DNA of 61,722 bases, counting the filler, from Collodictyon triciliatum (Eukaryota): the NCBI GenBank assembly GCA_043381765.1. It is 5 parts of 5 records of this genome, joined end to end, with 100 filler letters (N's around TTAATTAATTAA, not from the genome) between each part and the next. Parts side by side here need not be neighbours in the genome. Positions count along the whole stretch, not along the records: positions 25,953 to 39,418 come from JBHJMP010000345.1; positions 39,519 to 46,813 come from JBHJMP010000347.1; 3 more parts are not named here. One strand, written 5' to 3'. The notes beneath the pieces were generated by a model. That model was not told where the DNA came from and made no database searches. It saw only the letters and a list, made by a program, of their open reading frames with translations. Position 1 is the first letter of the stretch; every line of letters starts with the position of its first letter. This document shows, one piece after another, positions 27,301 to 39,714 of this stretch. A program made the translations under genes and the position numbers.

Positions 27301-30300
27301 GATACTAAGAGAGCCTGAAGCTATGGAATACCATAGCTATTACAATCTAATTTATGAGAGTTTACGTACCAAGAAAGGATTCACTGGGCGCAGATGGCAG
27401 CGAGCTGGAAAGGAAGGTGATATACCGATGGATATATCAGCTTTTGCGAATATCTATAGCAGAATATATGCAACTATGTAAAGAGTATTATACAAACAAG
27501 GCTACCATGTCGAATTTAGGGTCATATAGTATTTGTGGCGTATACATTTCTGGAATGTATGATATACCTCTGTGTTATCCGGTCTTAAAGAGCTTCCAAT
27601 ATAGCACACCACGTCCCCATTTTCCTGGAATATATCAATCTGAAGAAATAGGAAGATTAAATTCTCGAAGCGTTGTGATTTTACTTTGTCGGTAATTCAT
27701 TAATTTTTTAAATGGTATTCTTAAAACGGTCTATTAATGATATCTGAAAACAAATAGAGATGATTTTAAATATTCAAAATCATATGGAGACTTCTGCTGT
27801 AGGATAAAGAAACGAAATAGACAAAAGAAAATGCGATAAAATACCATCTTGTTTGTTGTGGAAGGAACCGATCCAGAGAAAAGTTGAACTATGCCAATCG
27901 ATATAGAAATTACATAAAGGCTATTATGTTTATTTCAATGAAGCCATCGAGATGAATAAATCGAATTATGTGCAATTCAACACGATGAATATTTACTTAG
28001 TAAGGGAAGGTTGTCGACTTCATCGATGTGTTTTCTGATATTTTCAACACCACGAGGTAATTTTGCTAGTTTTAATTAGGTGATGAAGTTGGGATCAAAT
28101 ACTTTAGAAATTATGTAAACGAACCAGGGTTATAATCCCCCAACTTGAAAATATTGAGAAATGCCGCCACAAATAAATATGTGACTTATTTTTTGCACAT
28201 TTTAAAAAAAATTCATATTGTAATATAAAATAAGAGCGATATAGAAAACATTACATATAACAGATGTCATACAAAATTGGTGTATATACTTTTCTCATGC
28301 CAAAGAACTTGAGGCTCTAGATGCTGTTTTTGGCCGATATTAATGTAACAATTCCAGTCCTGTTTCAGAGCAGAAGAATGGTTAGGTCTTGGGGATATAA
28401 TTGGATAATATATCCTTGAATAGTATATATAAACTAGACGAAAATAGAAGAGGCTGGGTGATGCGAGTACTTCTAATAATAATTAAAAATAATATGAGAC
28501 CATCAAAACGTACCGTTTCTAACCCAAGACGCTCTCCAAACGCCAAAGTTTTGAGTGGATTTGACGGTGAGAAAAATACGAATCGTATTCCTAAATAGCA
28601 TAGTTTTATATACATAGAAAAAAAAAGGATTTCTTAGAGAAAAAACCTATATAGGCAAATCGAGAGAAAAGTATAATCAAATTATGAAGAAAAAAAGTAC
28701 CTGCATTTCGCATGGCCTTCACATAGTCTTGGGTCCTTTCTTGTGGAGGCAATTTTAAAGCCACTATCCCATTCAAAATCTGGCCTCGATGAATATCAAA
28801 TATTTTTTTATCTGAAAAGAGAAAGAATAATATGGTATTGTGCATATTAATCTATAATACTACAATTATTACGCACTATGCACATGACAAATGGAGTATA
28901 TGTAAACTGTTAAATTCGATGGCGTTTTATTGTTTGTTTTTTTAAAATAAAAAAAAAGCGAGAAATACACATTATTAATCACAGATATACGTTGTGGTGT
29001 TCTATTGGATGACTCTTGCGATAAAGTGGGGTCGGTGTTGTTAAAAGAACATTCAGCAATATTATATTCACTCCTTGAAATCTTGATTATGTTTGGTCTA
29101 CCCCCATCTCCGTCAACCATATAGCTACCCGATTCATTCGACAGAGGTTTATACCTATCATGGCATGATGATCAAAGGAAAATAAACCAATTTATAAAAA
29201 CATGAGATTGTTTTTCCTTAAATAATGGAGAAGCGTGATTTGAAAAAGATAACAACCTAATCACTTCCTTTATTTTATTTATATGTAATTGCTATAGCAC
29301 ACAACCGAGAAGGGATGAATAAACGAAAGAAAAATGACAAATATAACTTCATACGAAAAAGCAACAACAGTCATGTCTTTTTTGTCTCTCCATGTCTTGA
29401 ATGTGTCGATTAGCTTCTGTTTAAGCTTCAGATCGATTTCCACGACTTTACTGCCATCCCAAATATCTAAAAAAAAAAAAAAAAATTAAAAAAAAAGGAA
29501 TTATAAATTGCACACTATCGTCATAGAAGGAAAAATAGTGAAGAGGGGAAATAAAGAGCGAACGATGAAAGGAATTAAGAAGGTGATAGGAACGAAAGAA
29601 ACTGTCAATCGATTATGGCTTTAAATTTTCGGAGCTGAAATATTACGAGTGCAGAATGCAAGTATCATATCTGGAGATCCACGAGAAAATAATTGTTTTC
29701 GTTTTGTCTGGTTATGCTCGACTACAACAGAAGTCACGTATGGAACTAAGGATGGAGGATAGGAACGAAAATCTTGCTTCTGAGATTGCAGATAATCTTC
29801 ATAAACTGATGAAAACTCCTGCAAATGACATGAGAGTGTATTTCAATATAAAAAAACCATAAAAAATGAGCATACTTTCAGAGAATATGTGAACGAGAGA
29901 TGTTATATATGTCAAATTGTTTTCTTTTAATAGTGTATGCTATCCTTTACGCTATCTTTTGTGCTATGTTTTATGCTTTGATTGTAATATCATTCAACAA
30001 ACAATTCAAACAACGATGTAATATAACTCGTCGCATCTGTGTACTATTGTGCAGAAAATATAACAAAGTAAACCGAAAGATCCACGGTCAAAATATTATG
30101 CCCCAGGGTGGTAAATAGTGTGGTGATGTCCTCAGAGAATCCCATCGCACGGGGAAGTGGGCAAATGCACTCCACTAAACAGGCAACATGAAATGAACAA
30201 TTCACATGTCATCAAACATATCCAAAAGAAAATAATGTGCTAATAAAAAAAATATATAGGAAAGGTAAAAGGTAAATTAAAATTTGATAAATCGATTAAA

Positions 30301-33300
30301 AATATATTAAAATGAAATCAAATAAAACATAGTCGTCTGCGACAAACACATTAATTTTTAAAGTGTTTCTACCTTCACATTTGTAATGTGCTTCATGTGA
30401 TGATTTCGAAGCAAACTTTCTCTAAAGCATGGAATGAAAACAATATTAAATATTTTTTTCCCTTTCTTCGATAAAACCATATTAAATATATTTGGGTAGG
30501 ATTAGATAGTACTATTTCTTCTCTCATATAGATATTTCCTTTGAACCTCAATACATGGTTCATTAAATAAGGCGTTGAATTGAATTTGAACGATAGTCGT
30601 ATCTACCAACCGTGTCTTCAACTTGAATGGCGAGTTCAGGTTTGATGCAAAAATTATTTAGTAAGCAATTCAACCCCAGTGGCTTGAGCGAACTAGTGAA
30701 ACAAGTTATCCAAAATGAATTTTTCTTCGCAACATGGAATTTTTTCCCTTTCCATAAAGTCAAACTTTATAATTTCATTTATCCATAAAGAGGTTAATCA
30801 GCAAGATCTTTCGAAGATATGGAGAATAAGGTATGTTCAATTACTCTAAATATAACTCCCAGTTCCCCTCATCGAATCGAATTATGGATTTAATGTCCGG
30901 GTCAACAGATGCATCCAAAAGGGTTACGCAGTCCATATTTGATGAAAATAAGAGAATTTTCTCGATGACAAGATCCGCCTAAAGGGAGAGTTTATTATTT
31001 ATATATATATATATATATATAAAAAGACTTAATTTTTTTCCCTTTATTCGATAAATAAAGACTTGATTAATTGCAATACACGGCTTGCATACTAGCCAGA
31101 ATCAGTATCATGAAGTTGTATCAAGGTAATGACTGAGGATGTTGAAAGACAAAGTCCAGAACGAAAAAAAATTAGGATATTGGTTAAATTCAAACATACG
31201 TCAGATAATAGGCCTCGTTTGTCGTGATAACTAACCACTTATCATGGTAGGAACATTATGTGTTATATGTGGTTAGTATCATATAAACATGTGGTGAATA
31301 TCAAGTTGCTTGTTTTCCGTGACGCTCTTTTAAAAAAGAATAAAATTGAAACCCCTACAACTCTAGCAAATGTTATTCTTAATTTTGAAAATATATTTAT
31401 AAACCAAATAATCTAACCAGTAACGCTTCCTAACGAATCGAGTGGTTTGAGAGTACGTGACAAACAATAGCTTTCACCTCGGACAAGTGTCCAAAATCTC
31501 TTTAATATTTGCCCTATGGATGTGAATATGATGTTGCTGGATGTTCAATTTTTCCTCAGAATTTTATGGTAATATTCATTTCATGTATTATATGGCTCAT
31601 GTAGAAAATAGTACACATAGTGAGCTGGTCGGATGTGGGTGGAGGGAGCACCATTTCCTCAGCTTCAAACTCATCAGTAGATGAACTGGAGGGGTCATCA
31701 GGATTTGGCGGTGGCTTCTTCTGGGGTGATTAAAGTGCTTATGAAAAATGGTGCGAATACAGAATTCGTATCATACATATATGCAAACAAAACAAACCTG
31801 AATTTGTTCGGCCAAAGCGAGCAGTCTAGCGTTTCCAAATGCCTTTAAATGGTTTACGTGTTTTTTGGTTTGTTTTTTGGTTTGTTTTTTTGGTTTGTTT
31901 TTTTTTGGTTTGTTTTTTTTGGTTTGTTTTTTTTTGGTTTGTTTTTTTTGGTTTGTTTTTTTTGGTTTGTTTTTTTTGGTTTGTTTTTTGGTTTGTTTTT
32001 GGTTTGTTTTTTGGTTTGTTTTTTGGTTTGTTTTTTGGTTTGTTTTTTGGTTTGTTTTTTGGTNNNNNNNNNNNNNNNNNNNNNNNNNNNNNNNNNNNNN
32101 NNNNNNNNNNNNNNNNNNNNNNNNNNNNNNNNNNNNNNNNNNNNNNNNNNNNNNNNNNNNNNNTGGTTTTTTTTGGTTTTTTTTTTGGTTTTTGTTTTTG
32201 TTTTTGTTTTTGTTTTTGTTTTTGTTTTTGTTTTTGTTTTTGTTTTTGTTTTTGTTTTTGTTTTTGTTTTTTGTTATTGTTTTTTGTTTGTTTGTTTTTT
32301 GTTTTGTTTGTTTTTTGTTTTGTTTGTTTTTTGTTTTGTTTTTTTGTCTAGTCGAGTCTTAGAGGTGCATATGGTAACAAACTTTGATGGCTCATATCCT
32401 GAGAGACCCCGAAATAATTCCTTCGCCTTGAATTCCTCTTGTGTTTCTTATTTCGATTTGCAGTGTAATAGGCATTAACAGGCAAACAATCCAAAATACG
32501 TGGATTTAAATATTCATTTCACAATCATATAGGTTAATTTCTGGTTGTGTAAGCTGAGACTGTATCAGCATAGCAAAGTTAATGCTTTTGCATTAATTTA
32601 TTTTATTTTATTTTACCAATAGATACGCATTGACAGGGGAAAATATCTCCGATAGAAACTTCAATCAAATCACCCTATTTTTTTTTATTTTATTGACGTG
32701 ATAAATATCTACTAAAATTATTCTTAAATTTTATTCGTTTATTTATTTATTTTTCGAGAAGCAATCGAACATAAGAAAGAGACATTGTTAAAAGCACGTT
32801 ATGCTCAGGTATATATGTGTGATATCTATGAATGATATATATATAAAAAGTGCTCGTTATGTGCTCTTGAGTTTGAGGATGATTCACCTCCACTAATAAA
32901 TTGACAGGCAAAGTGATCCATCGTCCATCTCGCATCGTTGCAAACAAGTCAGCTACTTGTGTTTTTGGTGCTCCGTGATGGTAAAGATCGCCTGTCAATT
33001 AAATTAGTGATATGTACAATACTTTTCAGATAAATGGAGACACATATCAAGGTCTGTATTTGTTTTATAAGGTGGACTCAAGATTTATGTCTGAAAAAAA
33101 GTTGAACAGTTGAGTGCAGTTATAAAATTATAATGATTTTCATGCCAAAAACAACCAGTGCGATATGTAGATGACTTCTCCAACTCGGTGACAATTTTTT
33201 TCAATTTCTGAAGTGGCTCCTCTCTCTACAAATAAATATGCCATTATAATATCCAATTTCATGGTTTTTCTGAAGAAAAAAAAAAGTCAAGAGTTACACA

Positions 33301-35705
33301 ATGCGACTTGTGTACACGGCTATTTATAGTACCTGTAGACTAAGCTCTCTAACTTCAAAAATCAGTGTGAAGAAGAGAGAGAAAGTCAAAAAAGTGGCCT
33401 CGATGTAAACACGAATCAAGCCCTGCATAATTTTATCAATCGAGGGGGAAATTATGCATTATAAGGAGAATAGTGATAATTTCATATTCAGAAATAATGC
33501 TAGTAATAAAATAAGAAACTATTCAAACGTGGTCGTCATGGTAATGTTAAAATAAAATAAGAGGGAAAAATGGTCATCGATTGGGTAGATTGTAGTATAT
33601 ATTTAGAAATTGAACCCAAATATTTTAAGAAAGGAGATAAATGATGAATAAAAAGAAAAAAGAAAAATAATATGTCGTTTGTTTAAAGTGAGTATGTAGA
33701 ATGTGGGGAAATACCTCAATAGCCGCAGAAATGAACAGGAAGACAATCGATATCAAGATAATGATTGAAAACATTCGGCGATATGGCTGCTGTTTAAACA
33801 AATGTCTAATATTTGCCTTTGGTATGATTGATTCTTGTTCCATCATCAATATATTTAGTGCATGCGCTAATTTTCTGCATGGAAAGAAATTGAGGCAGGT
33901 AAATGAAAAAAATAAGGAAAATGGACCAATTAAGATGTATGAAACTAAGAAGGCCTTACAGGCGCTATTATCTCTCCTTTTGATTTCAAAGTAAAATTTG
34001 TAAAATTTTAAAAATAAAAATAGAGGTCATGTGAGTAGTTCTCTCAAGTGGCAATATTATGGTTGAACAAGAAGCTAGCTCGGAGTGTCATTCCGTTACT
34101 GCATAACTCAGGGAAACTTACTGAATAGCAACAGATGTTGTCATCCCGACGATTTCTGATGAGCTTCGGCTGCGGCAGTGGAGACGGCGAGCTTTATTCA
34201 ACGAGCGCACATACAGTTGGGTTCCTGATTTTTTGCTGCGTGGAGTTTCACTAGGCCTGCCCAATATATTTGGGTCAGATCCAGATCTCATATGTCCACG
34301 CGAATTTCTTCTGGGAATAGGGTCAGTCATATGCCCAGGGCGAGTATCTGTAGTGGTTGCGATGTAATTTAATTTGGTGCAGCATTACATATAAATAGAC
34401 TAACATCTCATGAAGACGTATGTATCGACTCTATCAACCACATGATGTAATATTTGAGGGTTATGTTATGATGTATAGACTTTTTGCTAACATGTACATT
34501 CAAGAATCAATTGGAGCTGAATGAGAGATAGCTAATTGTGCATCGTTTTTCATCAAGGTTTTTTTTTTTTACAATATGAAAGAAATAAGGGCGCGGGCAA
34601 GGCATTCTATATGGTATTTTTAGCGTTGCTATATCACAACTTCTCGAACATAACGGGTAAATGAAATCATAGATCGAGCTTTTCAAATCTACAACCAGAA
34701 AAGAAGAAAAGAAAAAGAAAGTAACGTAAAAAGTACTGTGTATGAAAAAAACAAACCATTATCAGGCGGAGCAAACACTTGGCTTGATGAGCGACCCAAG
34801 GAATCGGATGTAAGCAAACGTTCTTTGTCTCCTTTTTCAGACTCGTAGTAGTCCTCATCATCGGTTGTGGTATTGAAAACGGGGTGGCTGAATGAGTTAG
34901 AATGAATGACTTTGACCATCTCAATCGAGTTTACCAGGGATGTTGGTAATGTTGATGTTGTTGTTGTTGGATTCTCCGCATCAACACTGGCTGGATTGTA
35001 CTCATCTGCGTTATGGTGATTATACGAATTATTTGATCAGCTTTTTGTGAAGGAAATAAATGCAGCTTAGATGAAAGAAAAGGAATAGAGAAGAATGTAA
35101 TAATCTGTTAAACAAATAGAACCCGTATCAGTTATAATAATCAGAAGGAAAAGACCGACTTGATTTTTCTGGTGTCTCTGTCTTTTTTTGTCTTTTTTTG
35201 TCTTTTTTTTGTCTTTTTTTGTCTTTTTTTGTCTTTTTTTGTCTTTTTTTGTCTTTTTTTGTCTTTTTTTGTCTTTTTTTTGTCTTTTTTTGTCTTTTTN
35301 NNNNNNNNNNNNNNNNNNNNNNNNNNNNNNNNNNNNNNNNNNNNNNNNNNNNNNNNNNNNNNNNNNNNNNNNNNNNNNNNNNNNNNNNNNNNNNNNNNNT
35401 TTTTGTCTTTTTATTGTCTTTTATTGTCTTTTATTGTCTTTTATTGTCTTTTATTGTCTTTTATTGTCTTTTATTGTCTTTTATTGTCTTTTATTGTCTT
35501 TTGTGTTGAGGAAAGGAAATCTCGAGCAAAGTTTAAGCACCGGAAACTCCTTATGAGAAACGACAAGAGAAAAAATAGGACTTGTAAAGGAGCCAATTGC
35601 AGAACGGTGTTAAATCAAGCGAGAAAAACGATTCTGTTGGGCAAAGGCACGAACAAGACTTTGCTTGGGAGAAGAACCTTGAAACAGACGGCGAAAGCGA
35701 GACAT
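26086..35705 (-). CDS. TMEM94: TMEM94-like (P-type-ATPase-related ER Mg2+ transporter family) protein; internal exons missing in gap 32064-32163 and 3' end missing in gap 25853-25952
   Basis: Stitched exons give family hallmarks as recalled: RDGRWITLPVNLLVEGDLI, AFGNARLL, LSRTLKPLDSLGSVTVVSYHDKRGLLS, FDEGNWELYLDSLKPLGLNCLLN, CICPLPRAMGF, IWDGSKV, GIRFVFFS..FGERLGLETDWNCYI, KLPRGVENIRKHIDEVDNLPLL, IFQENGDVVCYIGSS. The start ATG at 35705 (MSRFRRLFQ) is tentative. Confidence 0.88.
31860..32346. repeat. (TTTTGGTTTG)-type and (TTTTTG)n arrays flanking an N gap
   Basis: Directly visible; inside the TMEM94-like gene. Confidence 0.93.
35180..35502. repeat. (TTTTTTTGTC)n and (TTTTATTGTC)n arrays flanking an N gap
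   Basis: Directly visible in the sequence. Confidence 0.93.
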
Positions 35706-36374
35706 TGGTCAGATCAGACAGCGATCAAGGCAGAGCCGATCGACTTCTCTAGAGATTTCAACCTGGGTTGTTGTCAAAAGATTTATGAGCACTGTAAGCT
35801 CAAAGGCACGATCAAAATGCTAAAGAGATTTCTTTGGTGTTTTTTTGGGCTGGTTTTTTCTTTTTTCTTTTTTTTTNNNNNNNNNNNNNNNNNNNNNNNN
35901 NNNNNNNNNNNNNNNNNNNNNNNNNNNNNNNNNNNNNNNNNNNNNNNNNNNNNNNNNNNNNNNNNNNNNNNNNNNNNNNNNNNNNNNNNNNNNNNNNNNN
36001 NNNNNNNNNNNNNNNNNNNNNNNNNNNNNNNNNNNNNNNNNNNNNNNNNNNNNNNNNNNNNNNNNNNNNNNNNNNNNNNNNNNNNNNNNNNNNNNNNNNN
36101 NNNNNNNNNNNNNNNNNNNNNNNNNNNNNNNNNNNNNNNNNNNNNNNNNNNNNNNNNNNNNNNNNNNNNNNNNNNNNNNNNNNNNNNNNNNNNNNNNNNN
36201 NNNNNNNNNNNNNNNNNNNNNNNNNNNNNNNNNNNNNNNNNNNNNNNNNNNNNNNNNNNNNNNNNNNNNNNNNNNNNNNNNNNNNNNNNNNNNNNNNNNN
36301 NNNNNNNNNNNNNNNNNNNNNNNNNNNNNNNNNNNNNNNNNNNNNNNTGGGTCCTGTGATGCTAGTTTCTCGAG

Positions 36375-39154
36375 TTAAACCTCACAGAAGACCCAATAGT
36401 GCAGCTCGGACCATAGGTCGCTCTCCCCCTCGTTGGAGCCTTGGTAAATAACTTCTATACGGACGGACAGTTTGTTCTTGCCCTCCGTATAGGCCCGCGG
36501 GACCCAGAAATCAGAGTTTCTGAAGGCAAAAAAGGGATTCTTTTTCGGTTCATACCAGATACCTATCTCAGTTTCATCAACGAAAACCTAAAGAGTTGGT
36601 TAGTTTATAATCGGGATGGGGTTTTCTGATAATGTTGGTGTTATTTAAGAAATATTTCACACGTAATAACAACTGTTCAAGACAGAAGGAGGGAAATAAA
36701 ATCAAAAGTTGGATTTGGTATGCCTACCTTGGCCTTTTGATTTTGTAGACGGTGGTCGAGTCGCCTTCTCAAGAGCACGCCGCTGTTTTCCTTGATTATT
36801 TTTACAAGGAACTGTGATTTACCCCTGGATATGACAAGTACATAAGAAAATAGAATTGACTTGCATTTTTATTATGAGTGGTTATTTTATATATAATGGC
36901 AAATTTGCTTGAATAGGCAAAGGAGTTGTAATTATGATGATTTTACTGGGCGCGTATTGAAAAAAAATAATTATGTAAAACAAAAGAAAAGAAAAAGGAT
37001 TTTACAGATTTAGAACATAAGAGAAACAGCATGCATGAGGTTTTGTTTCTGATATATAGGACTTATGTTGAAGTGCGCTTATTCGGTTTGTTTGTGCATT
37101 TTAATAATAATAATAATGATGAGCAAAAGATTTATAGAGGTCCTGCCTAATTTTATATCCAGAATCCGTAAACTTGGTCTTGTACTGAAGTAATGCCTCG
37201 TATGTGTCATGGATGTCGCCCGATGATTCACATTCCATACAGTTGTACATGTGTTCTTGCTGGTGAGAATGGTTTAAAATAAGGTAGCTTTTCCTAATAG
37301 TCGCTCCAACAAAACGATACCGGGGATAAACCATTTATGAACCGTGAGCCCAGAATAAATCATTTCTGAGGAAATATTATGATAGTTTAATCTGGAAACC
37401 TCATCTTTTTGGTCCCCGACATTAAACTCGTCCGTTTGTTTCATGCCTGGTGCACTTCCAGAGTAATGATATGCAATTGACGTATAGTCCCCAGTAGATG
37501 GAACTAAAGCCCCTGGTGCTAGGTTTTTATTGCATTTCTTTGTAAATATACACCAGTTGCATTTCATCGCAAATAAGAAAGGAGGACAGCAAATAAAAAA
37601 AAATTACAATATCTTTTTTTTACAAAAAAAAGTGGTCCTAAAGTTCAAAATTAATAATAATAAAGAAAAAGAGAAAAATTATGAAAGGAAATCGGTCATA
37701 TATTTTATCTAGTCTTCATACATGTTTCCATTCCCATGGATATATCATTCCTATATGGAATGAAATCTTGTATTAATATCCTATAAGCATGGATATCGTA
37801 AACTGCATACGCCGGTCTTGAAAAATATGGGTTTCCATGGAATGGGAGGTTGAATTGATTTAAATGGTGGAAGAGATGCCCAGTGTTAAAATAGTCTTCA
37901 GTCCCTAGAGGAGGTATTTACAAAGTGGAGAAGAAATATACAAGTCGATTATGAGAAAATGATAATCACTTTATATTGTGTCTATTTTCAATAAAGAACC
38001 CTATTATCAATTTTTAATATACTTTCAAGATTATATCGGTATATTTTAATACAAAAATGAACAGGGTGTGATAGTTCACTCGAAAACTTATTTTTTTTCA
38101 TATAAAGTATCGACAAGAAGCATAGAAACGAGAAAAAAGTTGCTTTGACCCACTAAGTGATTTGTAATGCTTCATTAACCTGTTCCGTGAACCGAGCTGG
38201 TAGTTTTATCATCAATATAAAACCGCTCATCGCCCTCAAATGGGTCTGGGTCATACTGATGTTAAAAAAAAATATCATAAGATATGTAAACTCATCCCTC
38301 TCTGCATTTAATTTTTTTTCGAAAATTGAACCATTGAATTAATTATGAATGAAAATTATATTGTATACAACGTTAGAAAAAAATTCATCGGAGTCATAAA
38401 AAATATGAGTAAGATATTCATTTTATTTGTTTTCATATACGGTAGTACCAAATAATTAAAGAAAACGTGCTTAGTAACGGGTGATGAAAATGGCATATAA
38501 CCAAAGTAATTGTATTACCTCTTTTGTACCATTTCTTCGTGTGATCAAAGTTATTCCAACCACGTGACCCCATCGACCTTCATCACAAAACATGGGAAAA
38601 TCTGTACTCTTCTTGAAAGGTGCCTCTGCATGCATGGTGGCGTGAAAATAACCTGTCTCTAAATCCCCAAATAGATGGTATATTCACATAAGTCTATTCA
38701 TTTGCTGTTATTGAATTGGTTGGACAGTTGATAGATTCATTTCTGTTTGGTCGAGTGGCAACAATATATTTGATTTAGAAAGGTACCTCCTTCAGGATAA
38801 ACTACATTCGTTATGTTAAACTCATATGAAATCAAAGTATCCTCGACTAATTGACTCTCTATACTTATTTCAAACCCTTCCCAAAATGGCATAGGGAAAT
38901 AACAATACCCTCCATCCTCCGGACTGAAGCCTGTTTGGAACGTTTGTAAGAAGTGAATTAAAGGAGTTTTGATTATGACATATATGACAGATAATTGGTG
39001 TATGGAATCATGTTATTCGTGGTTTTTAATTTATCTTGGTAAGAATTATGCTGCATTGTCATCTATTACCCAATCTGAACCCACCTATTACGATGCTTTT
39101 TACAGAAAAGTCTCCTGTTTCACTTGAAAAGAACATACCCAACGGAGCATCCAC
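36375..39154 (-). CDS. DUF2961 / glycoside hydrolase family 172-like protein with extra C-terminal domain; intron-containing, 5' end lost at gap
   Basis: Exons: VDAPLGMFF, GYCYFPMPFWEGFEISIE, GYFHA, GRWGHVVG, FEGDERFYIDD..SVHGTGTEDYFN, HAYRILIQDFIPY, DYTSIAYHY, then GVLLRRRLDHRLQNQKAKVFVDETEIGIW...WSELHYWVFCEV*. TAA at 36375-36377. Confidence 0.85.
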
Positions 39155-39272
39155 CTTAATATTAATAATAGGTTACGATGAATCGAAAGTAGAGGCTTTT
39201 TTTTAAGAAAAGAATCAAGCATGAGTTGAAATGTAGAGTCAAGGCAGCACCATCTATCTATTTTTTTTGCTT

Positions 39273-39566
39273 TATTTTTATGTTTTTTTATGTTTTTTTA
39301 TGTTTTTTTATGTTTTTTTATGTTTTTTATGTTTTTTATGTTTTTTATGTTTTTTTATGTTTTTTTATGTTTTTTTATGTTTTTTTATGTTTTTTTATGT
39401 TTTTTTATGTTTTTTTATNNNNNNNNNNNNNNNNNNNNNNNNNNNNNNNNNNNNNNNNNNNNTTAATTAATTAANNNNNNNNNNNNNNNNNNNNNNNNNN
39501 NNNNNNNNNNNNNNNNNNGGCACAAAACACACACACACACATATATATATACACAAAGAATGGCAC

Positions 39567-39604
<38 letters not shown>

Positions 39605-39630
39605 GAACGGCACAAAACACACACACACAA
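39273..39630. repeat. (TTTTTTATG)n array and, across the spacer gap, (CA)n with a thrice-repeated GGCACAAAAC
   Basis: Directly visible in the sequence. Confidence 0.9.
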
Positions 39631-39714
39631 CCCCATCAAACATATAAACACATTTTTAAATCTTTTTTCCGTTTAAAATTAATATTATAAACGTATGATG
39701 AAATCAAACGAGAC

